Shown here: one piece after another, positions 47,831 through 63,295 of the stretch | How positions within the stretch are numbered: position 1 is the first letter of the stretch | How the letters are laid out: each line of letters begins with the position of its first letter | NCBI RefSeq assembly: GCF_009914755.1 | Contig: NC_060929.1 | From: the human T2T-CHM13v2.0 reference genome, Homo sapiens | DNA length: 64,000 nt | Reading direction: 5' to 3' (one strand) | Position numbers and translations under genes: made by a program | Notes under the pieces: generated by a model | Databases searched by the model: none | Seen by the model: only the letters and a program-made list of their open reading frames with translations | What the model was told of the DNA's origin: nothing

Positions 47831-48082
47831 TATTTCAGCTTTTTAATTTCATGCAGTGTTAGCATGATATATCTGTCTCTATCCCACTGATTTTAATATA
47901 TCCATATCTTAATATTAAAATAGGCTTCTTGTGGAAAACATGTAGTTGGGTCTTGGTGTTTTATCTACTTTGAATGTCTCCATCTTCCATAGGTATATTT
48001 AGACTATTGATGTTAAAGGGGTTTTTCATGTATTTAGATTAATACCTACTGAATTTATTATTTTCATCACTTTGTTGTCGTT

Positions 48083-48209
48083 ATCTCTTTTTTTTTTTTG
48101 AGACAGTCTCATTTTGTCACACAGGCTGGAGTGCAGTGGTGCAATATTGGTTCACTGCAACCTCTGTCTCCTGGGTTGAAACAGTTCTTGTGTCTCAGCC
48201 TCCCTCCCA
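48083..48209 (-). mobile_element. 5'-truncated Alu (part of the right monomer)
   Basis: Poly-T plus gagacagtctc..ctcagcctccc; TSD-like tgttgtcgtt (48073-48082) / tgttgttgtt (48210-48219). Confidence 0.9.
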
Positions 48210-48351
48210 TGTTGTTGTTTTATTTAATATCCTACTCTTTTGTTGCCTTCTTTGGATTTAATTGAGTATTTTATATGATTTGAAATTTTCTTCTCTCTTA
48301 AGATATCAATTATAATTCTTTATAATATTTTACGGGTTGATTTTAGGCTTG

Positions 48352-48697
48352 TTTTATATATATACCTTCTATATATATTCTCTCTATATATTCTCTCTCT
48401 ATATTATATATATATTCTCTCTATATATTTCTATATATATTCTCTATATATATTTCTATATATATTCTCTCTATATATTTCTATATATATTCTCTATATA
48501 TATTCTATATATTTCTATATATTATATATATTCTATATATTTCTATATATATTATATATATTCTATATATTTCTATATATTATATATACTATATATATAC
48601 TATATATATATAGTATATATATAGTATATATAATATATAGTATATATATTATATATACTATATATTTCTATATATATTATATATGATATATATATTT
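48352..48697. repeat. AT-rich compound repeat (units such as tatatattctc and tatatttcta) containing a perfect palindrome
   Basis: Read directly; see findings. Confidence 0.97.
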
Positions 48698-49749
48698 ACT
48701 ACTAATCCAAGTTAACCTTTAAATAACACTATAATATGCCATGGGTAGGGCCAATACCTAATAACAGAATATTCTCAATTCCCCTTTTCCAATTCCTTTA
48801 ACATTGCTATGATTTATTTCACTTATCCATAAGTTTTAATCTCTGAGTACATTGTTGCTATTATTATTTTGAACATTTTCCTATATAAATTAAGAATAGG
48901 AACAATAAAATATTGTATTTTACTGTTATTTATTTCCTCTTTGTCACTCTTCATTAGGCATATCTATCTCATCTTCTCACTTTCTGAATAACTTCTTTTA
49001 AAATGTCTGGCAAAACAAGTCTACTGGCAATGAAGTCTCTCAATTTTTGTTTGTTTGAGCAAGTCTGTATTTTCCCCACATTTTTGAAAGACAATTTCAC
49101 TGTTTAGAGATATCTAGATTAATATTTTTTCTTTCAAAACTTTAAGTATTTCATTCTACTGTCTCTTGCTTATATGGTTCCTAAAGAGAAATCTGATGTC
49201 ATTCTAATCGTTGCTTCTCTACAGATATGGTTTTCCCCGATTTAATATTTTCCCTTCTCATTTCTTTTAGGATTGTCTCTTTGATTTTCTGCAGTTTGAG
49301 TGTAATATGTTTAGTCATAAACTTTTAAATTTTTATCTTACTTTTGTCTGCTGTTTTGTGTCTATCATTAATGTTGGAAAATCCTCAGACATTAGTATTG
49401 CAAACACTCTCTTTCTTTCTCTCTTCTCCTTCTATAATCCCATTCCAACGATTTGTCAATGAGTTTTCATTTACTTTACCCTGTTACCGTTTCCCAGGAT
49501 GGTTTCTGCTCTTGGGCTCCTGCTCCAGAAAGTTGGCATTCTCGGTCTTCTCCAGTTTAACTCTCAAATTTTGGAATACCAGTTGGTCTGACCATCATAA
49601 TTCTCTGGTTGACCTAAGAAGAGTTGTTAATTTTTAGTTTGTTCAGATTTTTTCTTACCACAAAATGGGAATGATGACTTCCAAGCTTCCTACAAGACAG
49701 ACTAGAAACCAGAAGTCTACAATTGTTTTTTCAACTGTGTGTTGTTTTT

Positions 49750-50112
49750 AGATATGGTTTGGCTCTGTGTCCCTACCCAAATTTTATCTCAAATTGTAAT
49801 CCCCACACGTAGAGTGAGGGAGGTGATAGGATCATGGGGTGAGATTCCCCCATGCTGTTCTTGTGATAGTAAATGAGTTGCCACAAGATCTGATGGTTTT
49901 ATGAGTGTTTGACAGTTTCCTCCTACACATTCTCTTCTCTTCCTGCTGCCTTGTGAAGAAGGTGCCTGCTTCCCTTTCACTTTCCACCAGGATTTTAAGT
50001 TTCCTGAGGCCTCCTCAGCCATGAGGAACAGTGAGTCAGTTAAACCTCTTTCCTTTATAAATTACCCAGTCTTGGGTATTTCATTATAGCAGTGTGAAAA
50101 TTGACTAATACC
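49750..50112 (+). mobile_element. THE1 (C/D-like) MaLR solo LTR
   Basis: gatatggtttggctctgtgtccctacccaaat..taagtttcctgaggcctcc..cagtgtgaaaattgactaatac. Confidence 0.95.
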
Positions 50113-52219
50113 TTAGTGTTAACTTTTTGGTATATTATTTATTAGACTCCAAGCATAATAAAATAAATGAGTAGATTTACCTTGTTCTGTGTATTCTCCC
50201 CAGTGCTCGGGAAATACTCAGCATGTTTTTGTTAATGAAGGAATCAATGACACTTTAATTATGGAATATTTTCAATTCATATTCACTATATACATCTTTG
50301 CATTTGATGAAAGAGATTCAATGTCAATATTATGTTAATATCACTTTGATTCAAGAACACTTTGAGATAGTGATTGGAAGAGACTGTTAATTCTTCCTTT
50401 TAAGTATTTTCTCTGAATGAATGGCCAACTTAGAGAAAAAAAAAAGATGCCTACAGAATGTAATGACTTTGAAGAAACTGTTTTGAATGATGTGACATCA
50501 GCCTATTCTAATGAAATAGAGGACTGTATAAAGTACTAGATATGACATTAAGATGACTTTCTTTTCCTTAGAGACTAGCTTTAAGGAGTGGAACATGTAG
50601 ATAAGCAGTATCCCTCTGGAGTTTACAGGCATGAGCATTTCAAATACTGTCTGGCGATCTCACTACATAATCTTCTGCTAGCTGAATGAGAGTCAGGCTA
50701 ATCAATCCAATATGAATTTTTTGCCCATGACAGCTACTGAAGTAGCTCCTCAGGTTCTTCCTTACGATAGCCTTCTGCTTCATTAATTGTAAACCTGTTT
50801 TTGAGTCTGCTGTCCATGACAGTCTCTAGAAAATTACTGAAATGACAAGTTTCCCTGATCAGCTCATTGGAATATCACAGTTGCTTATCAGGGAGATTGA
50901 AAGCCAAAAATCCATCAGTCAAAGGGAAGTATGATACTCTCCGTTCTTTTGCATGTCTTTTGAGACAGATGCAAGAAACTGGAACATTCTATCACATAAT
51001 TATGTCATGTAAAATAAGAAAGATTTTTTCTTTCAATGTATGCACTAAAATATGAAAATTAGAATAATCAATAATAATCTTAATTCAAAAACACAGATAT
51101 AAAATGGAGAACATGTTTGGAGAGAGGCAACATTCATTTAAATTGCTACTATTAAAAGAAACTCTCTAGACTTGAATTTGATTACATAGAATCATTTTTA
51201 AATTTTTAAAAAATTTTAGTTTCAAGAAAACTTACAGACATATCAGAGGTAGGTTAGGATAAGATTTGTAACTTTAAGCATGAATAAATGGAGTTATGTT
51301 TTCGTGGATAACTCGAAGTTTATATGTTACAAAATAACTGAAAATGCCAAAACCTGTACCCTGAAACCTTAATTCAGTGTGAACAGATGTGAGAAAAGCC
51401 ATGAACCTTTCTCTCTACAAAATACATATATATATGAATAGAAATAATGATTTTGAGTAAGCTGATTATCTTATGTACATGATTTTCCACCCCCAAAATG
51501 ATTTTAACTTCAATAGTTGTTCTCTCACAAAGCATTATGCTAAATATTACTCCAATATTTAAAATTCATGTTATCATCTTTAATTTTACATTATCAGTTG
51601 GGTGACCAATTATATTGCAAAATGTTCTCAATTAATGACTGAGTTGTGCTGGAAAGTTTGCAAGTCTGATGTTTAGAAATTGGAATGCGGTTCTGATCAA
51701 GATAATGTTGCTAAAATTTTTATGTTCTGAAATCGGCAAATATAATCCAAATATTTGGATTTTAAAAAAAGACCTAAAGATTATTTCATAACACTTCCTT
51801 TTGTAAGAAATATGCTGCAAGTAGAGATGTCTAAAAGATTCCTTCTACTGTGGCAAGAATAAGATCTGTTGTATGCTGACGTTCCATACTTATGAGGTTA
51901 GGGGAGCAAGTTACAAACTCCTGCTCGAGGAGCAGCACTTCTCAGGACAGGTTATGGGAGAAAACAACATCCGCCCAGTGTAAGGATTCTAAATCGATAA
52001 TGAGAAGGTTGTTTTTTGTTTTGGTTTGGTTCGGTTTGTTTTGGTTTGGTTTGGAGAGTCCCTAAGTGTGAATGGGGCTGGGTAAAAACAGGAGAGGATG
52101 TTGACATACTGGGGATGAAGGCAGAAAGAAAAGTATTGTCAAGAGGCCACTGTGTTGGTTCCTGCACTTCTCTTAGTTCTTTCTTTCACCTCTGAGAAGA
52201 GGAAAAAAGCCCCTGGAGG

Positions 52220-52317
52220 ATGACAATAATGACTCCTACGGGGTCCCTTGGTGTTGCTTCTGTGTCTGTTGATTCTTGCATGATTTTATAGTCAGCATCA
52301 AGTAGAATCAATTTCGG
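52220..52317 (+). pseudogene. Candidate first coding exon (signal peptide) of a decayed gene
   Basis: ATG at 52220 with A at -3; MTIM, a +1 shift, then LLRGPLVLLLCLLILA*FYSQHQVESIS; phase-1 donor TCGG|GTAAGC at 52318. Non-repeat sequence. No homology search possible. Confidence 0.45.
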
Positions 52318-52594
52318 GTAAGCACAGTAAATGTTTTCATATCAAATGATAGCATACAATAACTTTATTTCTGATGTTAATTTAAATGTAAAAATATCTT
52401 GGCTGTAAGGGTATCAGATAGCTACCATAGTTTTTTTTCTTTTTTCTAATCAACCAACAGATTTTGATTTTTCCGCACTAATACATTTTAAGTGACTAAT
52501 TTCTATCATGCAAGCTCAATGAGAAAAAAGATAGTATATAAAATGCAAAAAAAAAAAATCCTTTTTACAATTAGCATAGAAATAAACTTTTAGC

Positions 52595-52750
52595 TGTAGT
52601 AATGAAACAGCCACCATGGTGGCTCCCAATTCTGCCAACTTTCTGGTGTTCACACCATTGTGTAGCTCCCTCCCACACTACACAAAGATGATCTGTCCTA
52701 CTAGTAGATTACTATGGAGATGGAAGTCTTTTACTTCTGAGACTAGGTCA
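52595..52750 (+). mobile_element. MLT1 (E/F-like) LTR 5' fragment
   Basis: tggctcccaatt..ctggtgttcacaccattgtgtagctccctcccaca..cttctgagactaggtca. Confidence 0.75.
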
Positions 52751-53097
52751 GGCTTTGCAAAAATTTTTACTTTTTTGCAACTAGTAAAATTTTTAGTTTT
52801 TCCCTGGGTTTTGTTTGTTTGTTTGTTGTTTTTGTTTTTTGCTCAGAATGTACTCACATACACAACAAAAAAATCAACCCTGCTAATAGTTGAAATAAAA
52901 GAAAAGTATTCTAAGCAAGGAAATATTTTTGAGTTCAATCATTGATTTGCCCAAGATTCTAAGAAATGTTTATTTATAATATATTATTTTCAAGAAAATT
53001 GAGCTTACTAATGGAGTAACATTGAACAGACAAATATAGTCTTTGCTTTTATAGAGCTTATACCACAGAAAGGAGTGATCACATCTATGTTCTATAA

Positions 53098-55776
<2,679 letters not shown>

Positions 55777-55899
55777 AAAAAAGTGTTTCCACAATCCAAA
55801 TTCTTTTTTAGATACAGCCATATTTACATAAAGTCTAATTTGTCTGCTTTCTTTAATAGAACTCCCAAAAATTACTATAATATCTTTATTTACTCTCTA

Positions 55900-57225
55900 A
55901 CCTTCCAATTTCCCTGAACTCATTTTAGTGAAATTTCTATGTTCACCTACCTGATTTACAATGCTTTTATCAAATAACCAAGCCTCCTCCTTGCCAAAGT
56001 CAATTTTCTTATTCCATCTCTCAAAAACATTGACACACTTCTAGAAACACTGATTTTTCCTTGTCTTCTTACATTTTCTTCCCCTTCCTCACATTTCTTC
56101 TACCTCACTGGTTGCTTCTTTTTAATCCTTTTAGCTGATTCTTCCTTCTCAGCTTGACTTTCCAATTGTACACCACCCAAGAGCTTATAATTTAACACAT
56201 TTTTGTCTATGTTATCTCCAGCAGCCTCATCCAAGTCTTTGACTATTACTACAAGCTTATTGTTTTTTAAATATATATTTGGTTAAATCATTTCTTCATT
56301 ATCTACTTTTATATATATAATTGCCTACTTGTTTTATGCACAAAAATTTCTAATAATCATCTCACACTCAACCAAATCAAACCAGTGATTCTAACCTCTA
56401 TAAACTGTTCTTCCCCAAATTTTTCCCAACTCAAAATGTGACACTATGATTTATTGTATTTACAAACCAAAATCGTAATTTTCACACCATTTACAAGCTG
56501 ATTTGATACGTCAGAAAGTCCCATCATCATTACTTCAAAACTAATTCTAAACCTGATCATTTGTCTTTTTCTCCTACCACCTTAATCAAAGCTCTTATTA
56601 AATAGCCACCTATTGACTTCTCTGCTTCCTCATTTAATCTCTTAGAAAACAAATCATATTACTCACTAGGTAAAAACACTTCAGTCACTTAGAGCCATTT
56701 TTCAAATAAAATTCAAATTCCTCACCAGGATCTATAGAGTTCTGTGTGAGCTAGCCCGTTTGTCTCTTTAATCTCATCTCTTTTCTATCTCCCTTATTGC
56801 TCTATGACAAAAACACTAAACTTTTTTCCCTCTGCCCTTTTAACAATCCAAACCTTCTTCAAATTGAGGTTAATTACACTTACTGTTTCAAATATGTGCA
56901 TGAGGTGACTCACAGTAATTCAGATTTTACCTCAAATGTCTTAATTCCGGAAAGGAATTCTCTAAATCATCCCATCTAAAATATGCATCTGTTTTCCTCA
57001 GTCACGTTCAATCATATATCAGGTTTATTTTCTTTATAACATATGTCACTGTAGAAATATTAATGTGTTTTTAAAATTTGTTATTTACTTGATTTGTTTC
57101 TGTATAGTTAACATGTCAACTCCATGAAAGTATGGCTTTCTCTGGTTCATTCACAATACTTAGATGTGTCTAGATGTGTCTAGCACATTGTAGAAGTCTC
57201 ATGAATATTTCTTGAATAACTGAAA
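55900..57225 (+). mobile_element. L2a, long 3' fragment
   Basis: Pyrimidine-rich L2-like body (ttctacctcactggttgcttc, taataatcatctcacactcaac, aaataaaattcaaattcctcacc) ending tctagcacattgtagaagtctcatgaatatttcttgaataa. Confidence 0.8.
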
Positions 57226-57469
57226 TGTTATTTTTTAATTCTTTTCTCCAACATAAGACTTGATCTTTTGCCTTTCAAGCCTCACTTTTTAAAAAGTACA
57301 GCATTAAGCATATTAGACACTTCTTAAAAGTAATAAAATTGGATTTAACATTATTTTAATAGATTAGTTGCTTTTAAGAAATAAGTTAAAACATCACACA
57401 TGGAATAATCAATGATTTGCAATAATTAGTAAGACATAATAGAAAATGTACATTTCTCAATACAAAGCA

Positions 57470-57715
57470 TAATTAGTGAGTAGAATCCAAGCTTGGGCCT
57501 GGATTTTAATAGTAATTCTCTTTGTCTCTGGCGGTATTACTTTCAATTTTTACTTGACACTTCTAATCTTCAGTTTACTTAGCTATAATGTGGGAATAAT
57601 TTTAATTACAGTTGTCAAATTTATATATTTCCACAATCTATTCAATGAAATAATGTATGCAAACCACTTGGTAATGTGCCTAACAGGGTATTTAGAAAAT
57701 TTTAACATTATTACT
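57470..57715 (+). mobile_element. MIR
   Basis: cctggatttt.., cttcagtttacttagctataatgtgggaataat, aaataatgtatgcaaaccacttgg..tgcctaaca. Confidence 0.7.
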
Positions 57716-58169
57716 AATATTTTTAAGGTTTGAAATTTAAGTTATCACAATCTATTAAAATACTCTTAATTATCATTGTTACTTAGTTTATATACAATAT
57801 GTTGGAAATAAGCTAGAAATTCTTTGGAAAAAATGCAGAGAAAAGTGCAGTAGCCTGTATTTTCTTTTTTTTAATTTTAATGAGAGTTTGGTAGGTTTTG
57901 ATGCTCCAGAAATATAATGTAATGGTATAATGCCCAGTGGAATAGAATTGTTAGCAATAACGAAGATTAGAACAGAATTTCTAAAATTAAATATGTGTGA
58001 GTCTCCCAACTAAATTTACTACAGAATCTTCTATCAGAGGTATTATATGAAAACTTGTCCATGAGCAATTAAAGACATCTTTAACAAAAAACAGAAGGAT
58101 GATAGCTTGTTATTCATTATAATGTTTTTCCATGATAGAATGACAAATCATTTACTCTAGTTGTAATGA

Positions 58170-58325
58170 ATAAATTTAATGTCTGTAAACCTCAGAACCA
58201 TCATCTGTAAACTGAGGATAAAAATAGCCATTACCTCATGGAACTAATATAAAAATTATAAAACATAATCAAACTAAAGTTTAACACAATACTTGCATAC
58301 TCATTCAATTTTATCTATTATTATA
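58170..58325 (+). mobile_element. MIR
   Basis: cctcagaaccatcatctgtaaactgaggataaaaatag..tacctcatgg. Confidence 0.75.
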
Positions 58326-59949
58326 ATACAATTATATGAACAGTTAAGCATTTGAACAATATACTTGTTTTTTAGATTACAAAGTTCAGAGAAGAAGTTT
58401 TATAGTGATGAATGGTTATTAAGTTATGTAAGACAAAAATACAAAACTCTGATGTGAGAATCAAAAGAATTATAAATGAATATTGTTGAAGTGATAAGAG
58501 TTAATAGCTATACAGTTCTTTCCTCAAGAGTAAAATCTTATGATAGAATTTTTTTTATGATTCTGGACATGAGGCAAAACTAATGTTGGTGTTTTGTTCA
58601 GTGTCCGCTTTGTCAGGAGGATAATTTGTCCTTTCATATAAAGGGAAAAGAGAAAAGTCATTCAATTTACAAATATATTTTAAGTATCTTCACCATGTGA
58701 AAAATAAGAGATGGATCATTTTAAGCAACGATAAATAATATCATGAACGAAGATTTATAAGCAGAAAAAACATATAGCATTTCAGGGGCAAACAGAAGAG
58801 AAGAAAGACACAGAGAGAGGTAATTGGCAGAAATTTGTACAGGACATCATCAATCAAGCTAAGGTTTACAAATTTTGTTTCTCTTTAAAGGCAGGACAAA
58901 ATCTAGATTCAAATAATTCTGTCCTCTAAAACTGGACATATTTTGACTTCATGTTATGGGAGGAAAGTCCAAAAAACTTACAAAGAAAATAAAATTAATC
59001 CTATAAATAAAATATATCCTAAAAACATTTTGACAACAACAACAAAAATAGACCAAGAGAGACTTTTTTATAAGAATGTGATTCAACATAATGCGAAAGA
59101 GGATTTAGATTTTCAAAACAGTAAGATTAAGCCTATGATAATTCATACACTGAAAAAAATAAGACTTTGAGAAAAAATTGAAATTATAACCAACCCACTC
59201 TTCTTGGGCCAGTTTTTACTCCCTTGTACCATTTGGCGAAATAATCTTCCAAGGTTTAAGTAAAGACTGATGGTCTAGATTGTCTCTAAGAAATAGCTTT
59301 TATGAATGTATTTAGAAGGAGAAAGACTAAAAGAATATATCAGATAGATGGAGAGGTAAATAAACTTTCATATAAATAATAGACAATAAATACTACAAAA
59401 TATTTGTATATATATTTTACATAGAAGACAAACTTGTATAATATATCTATAACTGGAAATATCACCTTGCTATAATAAAGCCCTAGCTAATTTAGTTTTT
59501 AAGTTAAAACTGATTCTAGTACCTACAAGTTAGATAATCAAGGAAAAATAACTATTTTTCTTGAGATCACCTTAAAATTTTCAAGAATCCGAGAGCTTAG
59601 AAAAAAAGGCCAGTACTATTTCCATATGATTCAAGAGAGGTATAAGTTTAATGTAAAGATATTGGATTCTTTTAGCACTAGCCAGTATGTTCAATTTTCT
59701 TTAGCTAATTTATGTAAACGCCACGAAATTAGAAATTAAATAATTAAAAAAATGATATTCTGAATTGCTAAGGCTCCAGCCTCCACCACTGTGATTTCTT
59801 TGTATCAGTTTGCTCAAAGATCCCACCATATTTTCTCAGGAACACATCCATTATACTTCTGTGCCAGTCTCTTCATCATATCACAATCACATCGTAGTTC
59901 TAAGGTCAATCTCCCTGACAAAATTGTTTTTCTGTTGGTCTTATCTAAT

Positions 59950-60753
59950 TTTCTGGTTATCTATGACTATGTAACAAAGTATCTGAAATTTAGTTGCCTT
60001 AACAAACAAACATTTTATTTTATCACCTGGTTTTGTGAGCATCACTTACAGCTTAGTTTGTCAATTTATCTGATTTGTGAGGCATTGACGGGGGTCACCG
60101 TGTGTTATTCAGCTTCGTGTCTAAGACTGTCTAGAGAATAAACAATCATTCTTTGCCTGCCATCGCGGCAGGGAAGTGCAAGGCTGGTATCAGCTAGGCC
60201 TTTTTCCTTTTCCATGTATCTTAGGGCATCTCCAAGAAGCCTTTCATGCAGGGTAGTCAGATTCTCTTGGTGATTTTAGACTTTGAGTCTTCCAGGTGGA
60301 AACTGCCAGTCTTCAGGGTCTAAATGGGCATAGTGTTACTTGCATCACATTCTTTGGTCATAGCTATTATGGGCCAGACTGAATTCAAGAAAGTAAATGA
60401 GTACAATCACCATGGGGAACACTTTGGAGGTTCCTCACAAAACTAAAAATAGAACAACCATATGATCCAGCTAACCAACTGCTAGGTATATGCCCAAAAG
60501 AAAGGAAATCAGTATATTAAAGAGATATCTGCACTCCCATGTTTATTGCAGCACTAGCCAAGATTTGGAAGCAATCTAAGTGTCCATTAACAGACAAATG
60601 CATAAAGAAAATGTGGTACATATACACAAAGAGCTCTATTCAGTCATGAAAAATAATGACATCCTCTCATTTGAAACAACATGGAGGAAAATAATCCCCA
60701 CCTCTTGAAGAGTATGGTGTCAAAAAGTTTACAGACATCTTTAATAAGCCACA
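59950..60753 (-). mobile_element. MLT1 (H/G-like) MaLR LTR, split by an L1 fragment
   Basis: ggttatctatgactatgtaacaaa at the left end; cacattctttggtcatagc..ggccagactgaattcaag, resuming after the L1 with ccccacctcttga..ccaca. Confidence 0.8.
60390..60685 (+). mobile_element. Internal L1MA1/2-like fragment with no 3'UTR or poly(A)
   Basis: ttggaggttcctcacaaaactaaaaatagaac..ccaaaagaaaggaaatcagtatat..aacaacatgga. Confidence 0.9.
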
Positions 60754-60939
60754 GATACTACACTGTTGATAATACACTCCAGTCTTATTCCCACAGTCTT
60801 GCAAACCTCTACGTAAAACAGCATACACTCACATTTCTCTCAGAGAAGCACAATGTGCATAAATAAATCTTATCCCGGAGATAATCTCCCCTGTTGGCAC
60901 AGTATGCAGTTGAGCTCCTGTGGTATACCACATTTTGAG

Positions 60940-61082
60940 AGAAAGGAAAAAAACGATGGAAGCAAAGAAGAAAGGAAGGAAGAAAGGAAGGGAAGGAGGG
61001 AGAAAGAGAAGGAAGGAAAGAGGAAGAAGAAAAAGAAAGGAGGGAGATAGAAAGCACTGTGTGAAGAACAGAAGGAGGAGGA
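60940..61082. repeat. GA-rich (GGAA/GAAA) low-complexity tract
   Basis: Read directly. Confidence 0.9.
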
Positions 61083-61995
61083 CAATAAGGTAAAGCAGCA
61101 TACACAGAATATGTATTCCATAGAGTAGTATTGAAATTTGTCTTTCACAGATAATAATATCTCAGAGATAAGATATCTGCAGGCATCACGGTGGATAATA
61201 AAAACTTAATAGAAAATGAAGATGGGGGAATAAGGGAGTCACAATTTACCCAGGCTGGGAAAATTGCCTGAAAAAAACAAACAAACAAACAAGTAGGACA
61301 CAGTAGTAAGTGTATGGGGAAAAAGAGATGAATAAAGCATGATGAATAATAAAAGATAAGTTTGGTTTAGAAGAGTACAAACATTTTGTGAGATTTCATA
61401 GCATTAAACTAAGAATAGAAAAAGAAGAACCTCAGACAGACAGATATTTTGAACATAATAGATAGAAAAGTATTATTTTAGATATGTTAATCTGAATTAA
61501 ATAGCAAAAATAACTTAGAAGATAGGTGTCAAGGCATACAGGTCTTTTAAAGAGGCTGTTGTTTAATCTCAGTATGAGATTGCAAGAGAAAACAAAGGGT
61601 AAATCTGACGCACATTTGTAAGGAAGAATCATAAATTTAGGACATTAATACTGGAGTAAAATTTTTTTTCTTAAACTTTCAATGTTTTTTACTTTATTTA
61701 CCTTTAAGTGCACACATCTCCTGAAAACACTGCCTTTATCTGAAATACAAAACCTGCACTTCATTTTCATCAACTATTCTAATAAATCATGTTTCATCAA
61801 AAGTAATAAAACAGGGTAAAATAAAGATAAATACTATATTCATTTTCATTCTACTGTTGTAGTGTAAGTTTTCTTGAGCACTACAATTAAGGCAACCAGT
61901 AAGAAGAAAAATAAGCACTTGAGTGTTTTTAATTTGACGATGAAAATTGAATTTTGTCAGATTTATGGTGATGACCTGTTATTTCCATTTTTTGA

Positions 61996-62398
<403 letters not shown>

Positions 62399-62451
62399 AA
62401 AATATTATTATTTATTTTTGGTAACTTTAAATATCATTTTCAATTTTGTAG

Positions 62452-62777
62452 GTTATAGCAGAGCAGTGTATAATATATGTAAGAGAACAAAAATAAATTT
62501 CTAAGGGGCCACAAAGTGCTAGTAACCTTATTCTTTGGAGGAAATAGTATGTAATTATTTTCCACTACTCTGAGTGATTGCTGTACTAGAACATACAGTC
62601 AAACTCATTTCTACAGTGTCCCAAAGAGAGTGGTATTTTTTGTTGTTTCTCACTGATGGGGATTTAACTCTGCATGTCTGACATTGAGCTGAATAACTCC
62701 TACTGGGATTTGAAAATCTTTTCACAATAGGCAGACTTTTTGTATGCATAGACTGGGAGAAGTAGCATGGATTCACG
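62452..62777 (+). pseudogene. Candidate second exon with a degraded PAN/apple-like domain
   Basis: Acceptor ttttcaattttgtAG| at 62450-62451 and donor CACG|GTAAGG at 62778. The phase-1 frame gives ..AVLEHTVKLISTVSQREWYFL; shifted frames give CFSL, GFN and ELNNSYWDLKIFSQ*ADFLY. Multiple stops and frameshifts; unverified. Confidence 0.45.
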
Positions 62778-63189
62778 GTAAGGAGATTTAAAAGTTGTAG
62801 ATTTAGAAAAGAAGAAATTGAAGAAAGGATAATTGTATTATAATTACTTTTTGTTCAGTATTCTATTTCAATGACAATAACCAATTTGCTCATTATTAAA
62901 TCCATAAATGAGGTTATAGTACTAGTCACATTCATTCAAAGGCATTTTAGGGAGAAATATAATAACCAATGAATTAGCTGAAATTTTAATTTGTAACCAC
63001 TTATTTCAAAAATTCAGTTATATGGAGGGTACAATATTAATGCCAAATCATGTAATATATTTTATATTCTGTCAATTTATGTATCTTTATTTTGGGTACA
63101 CTAACAAATCTTAGTGATCATTGTCTCCCTTTCCTAAATAATAAAGTCAATATTCCTTTCTGATTTACAGGAAAAAAAATGCATTAAAA

Positions 63190-63295
63190 AATAGATTCAG
63201 GTGATACATGTGCAAGCTTGTTACATGGTCATATTGTATAATGCAGAGATTTGGGCTGCTACTGTGCCTGCCACCTGAATATTGAACATTGTAGT
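63190..63295 (-). mobile_element. L1PA16/L1PB-type extreme 3' fragment
   Basis: agattcaggtgatacatgtgcaagcttgttacatgg..atattgtataatgcagagatttggg. Confidence 0.8.
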
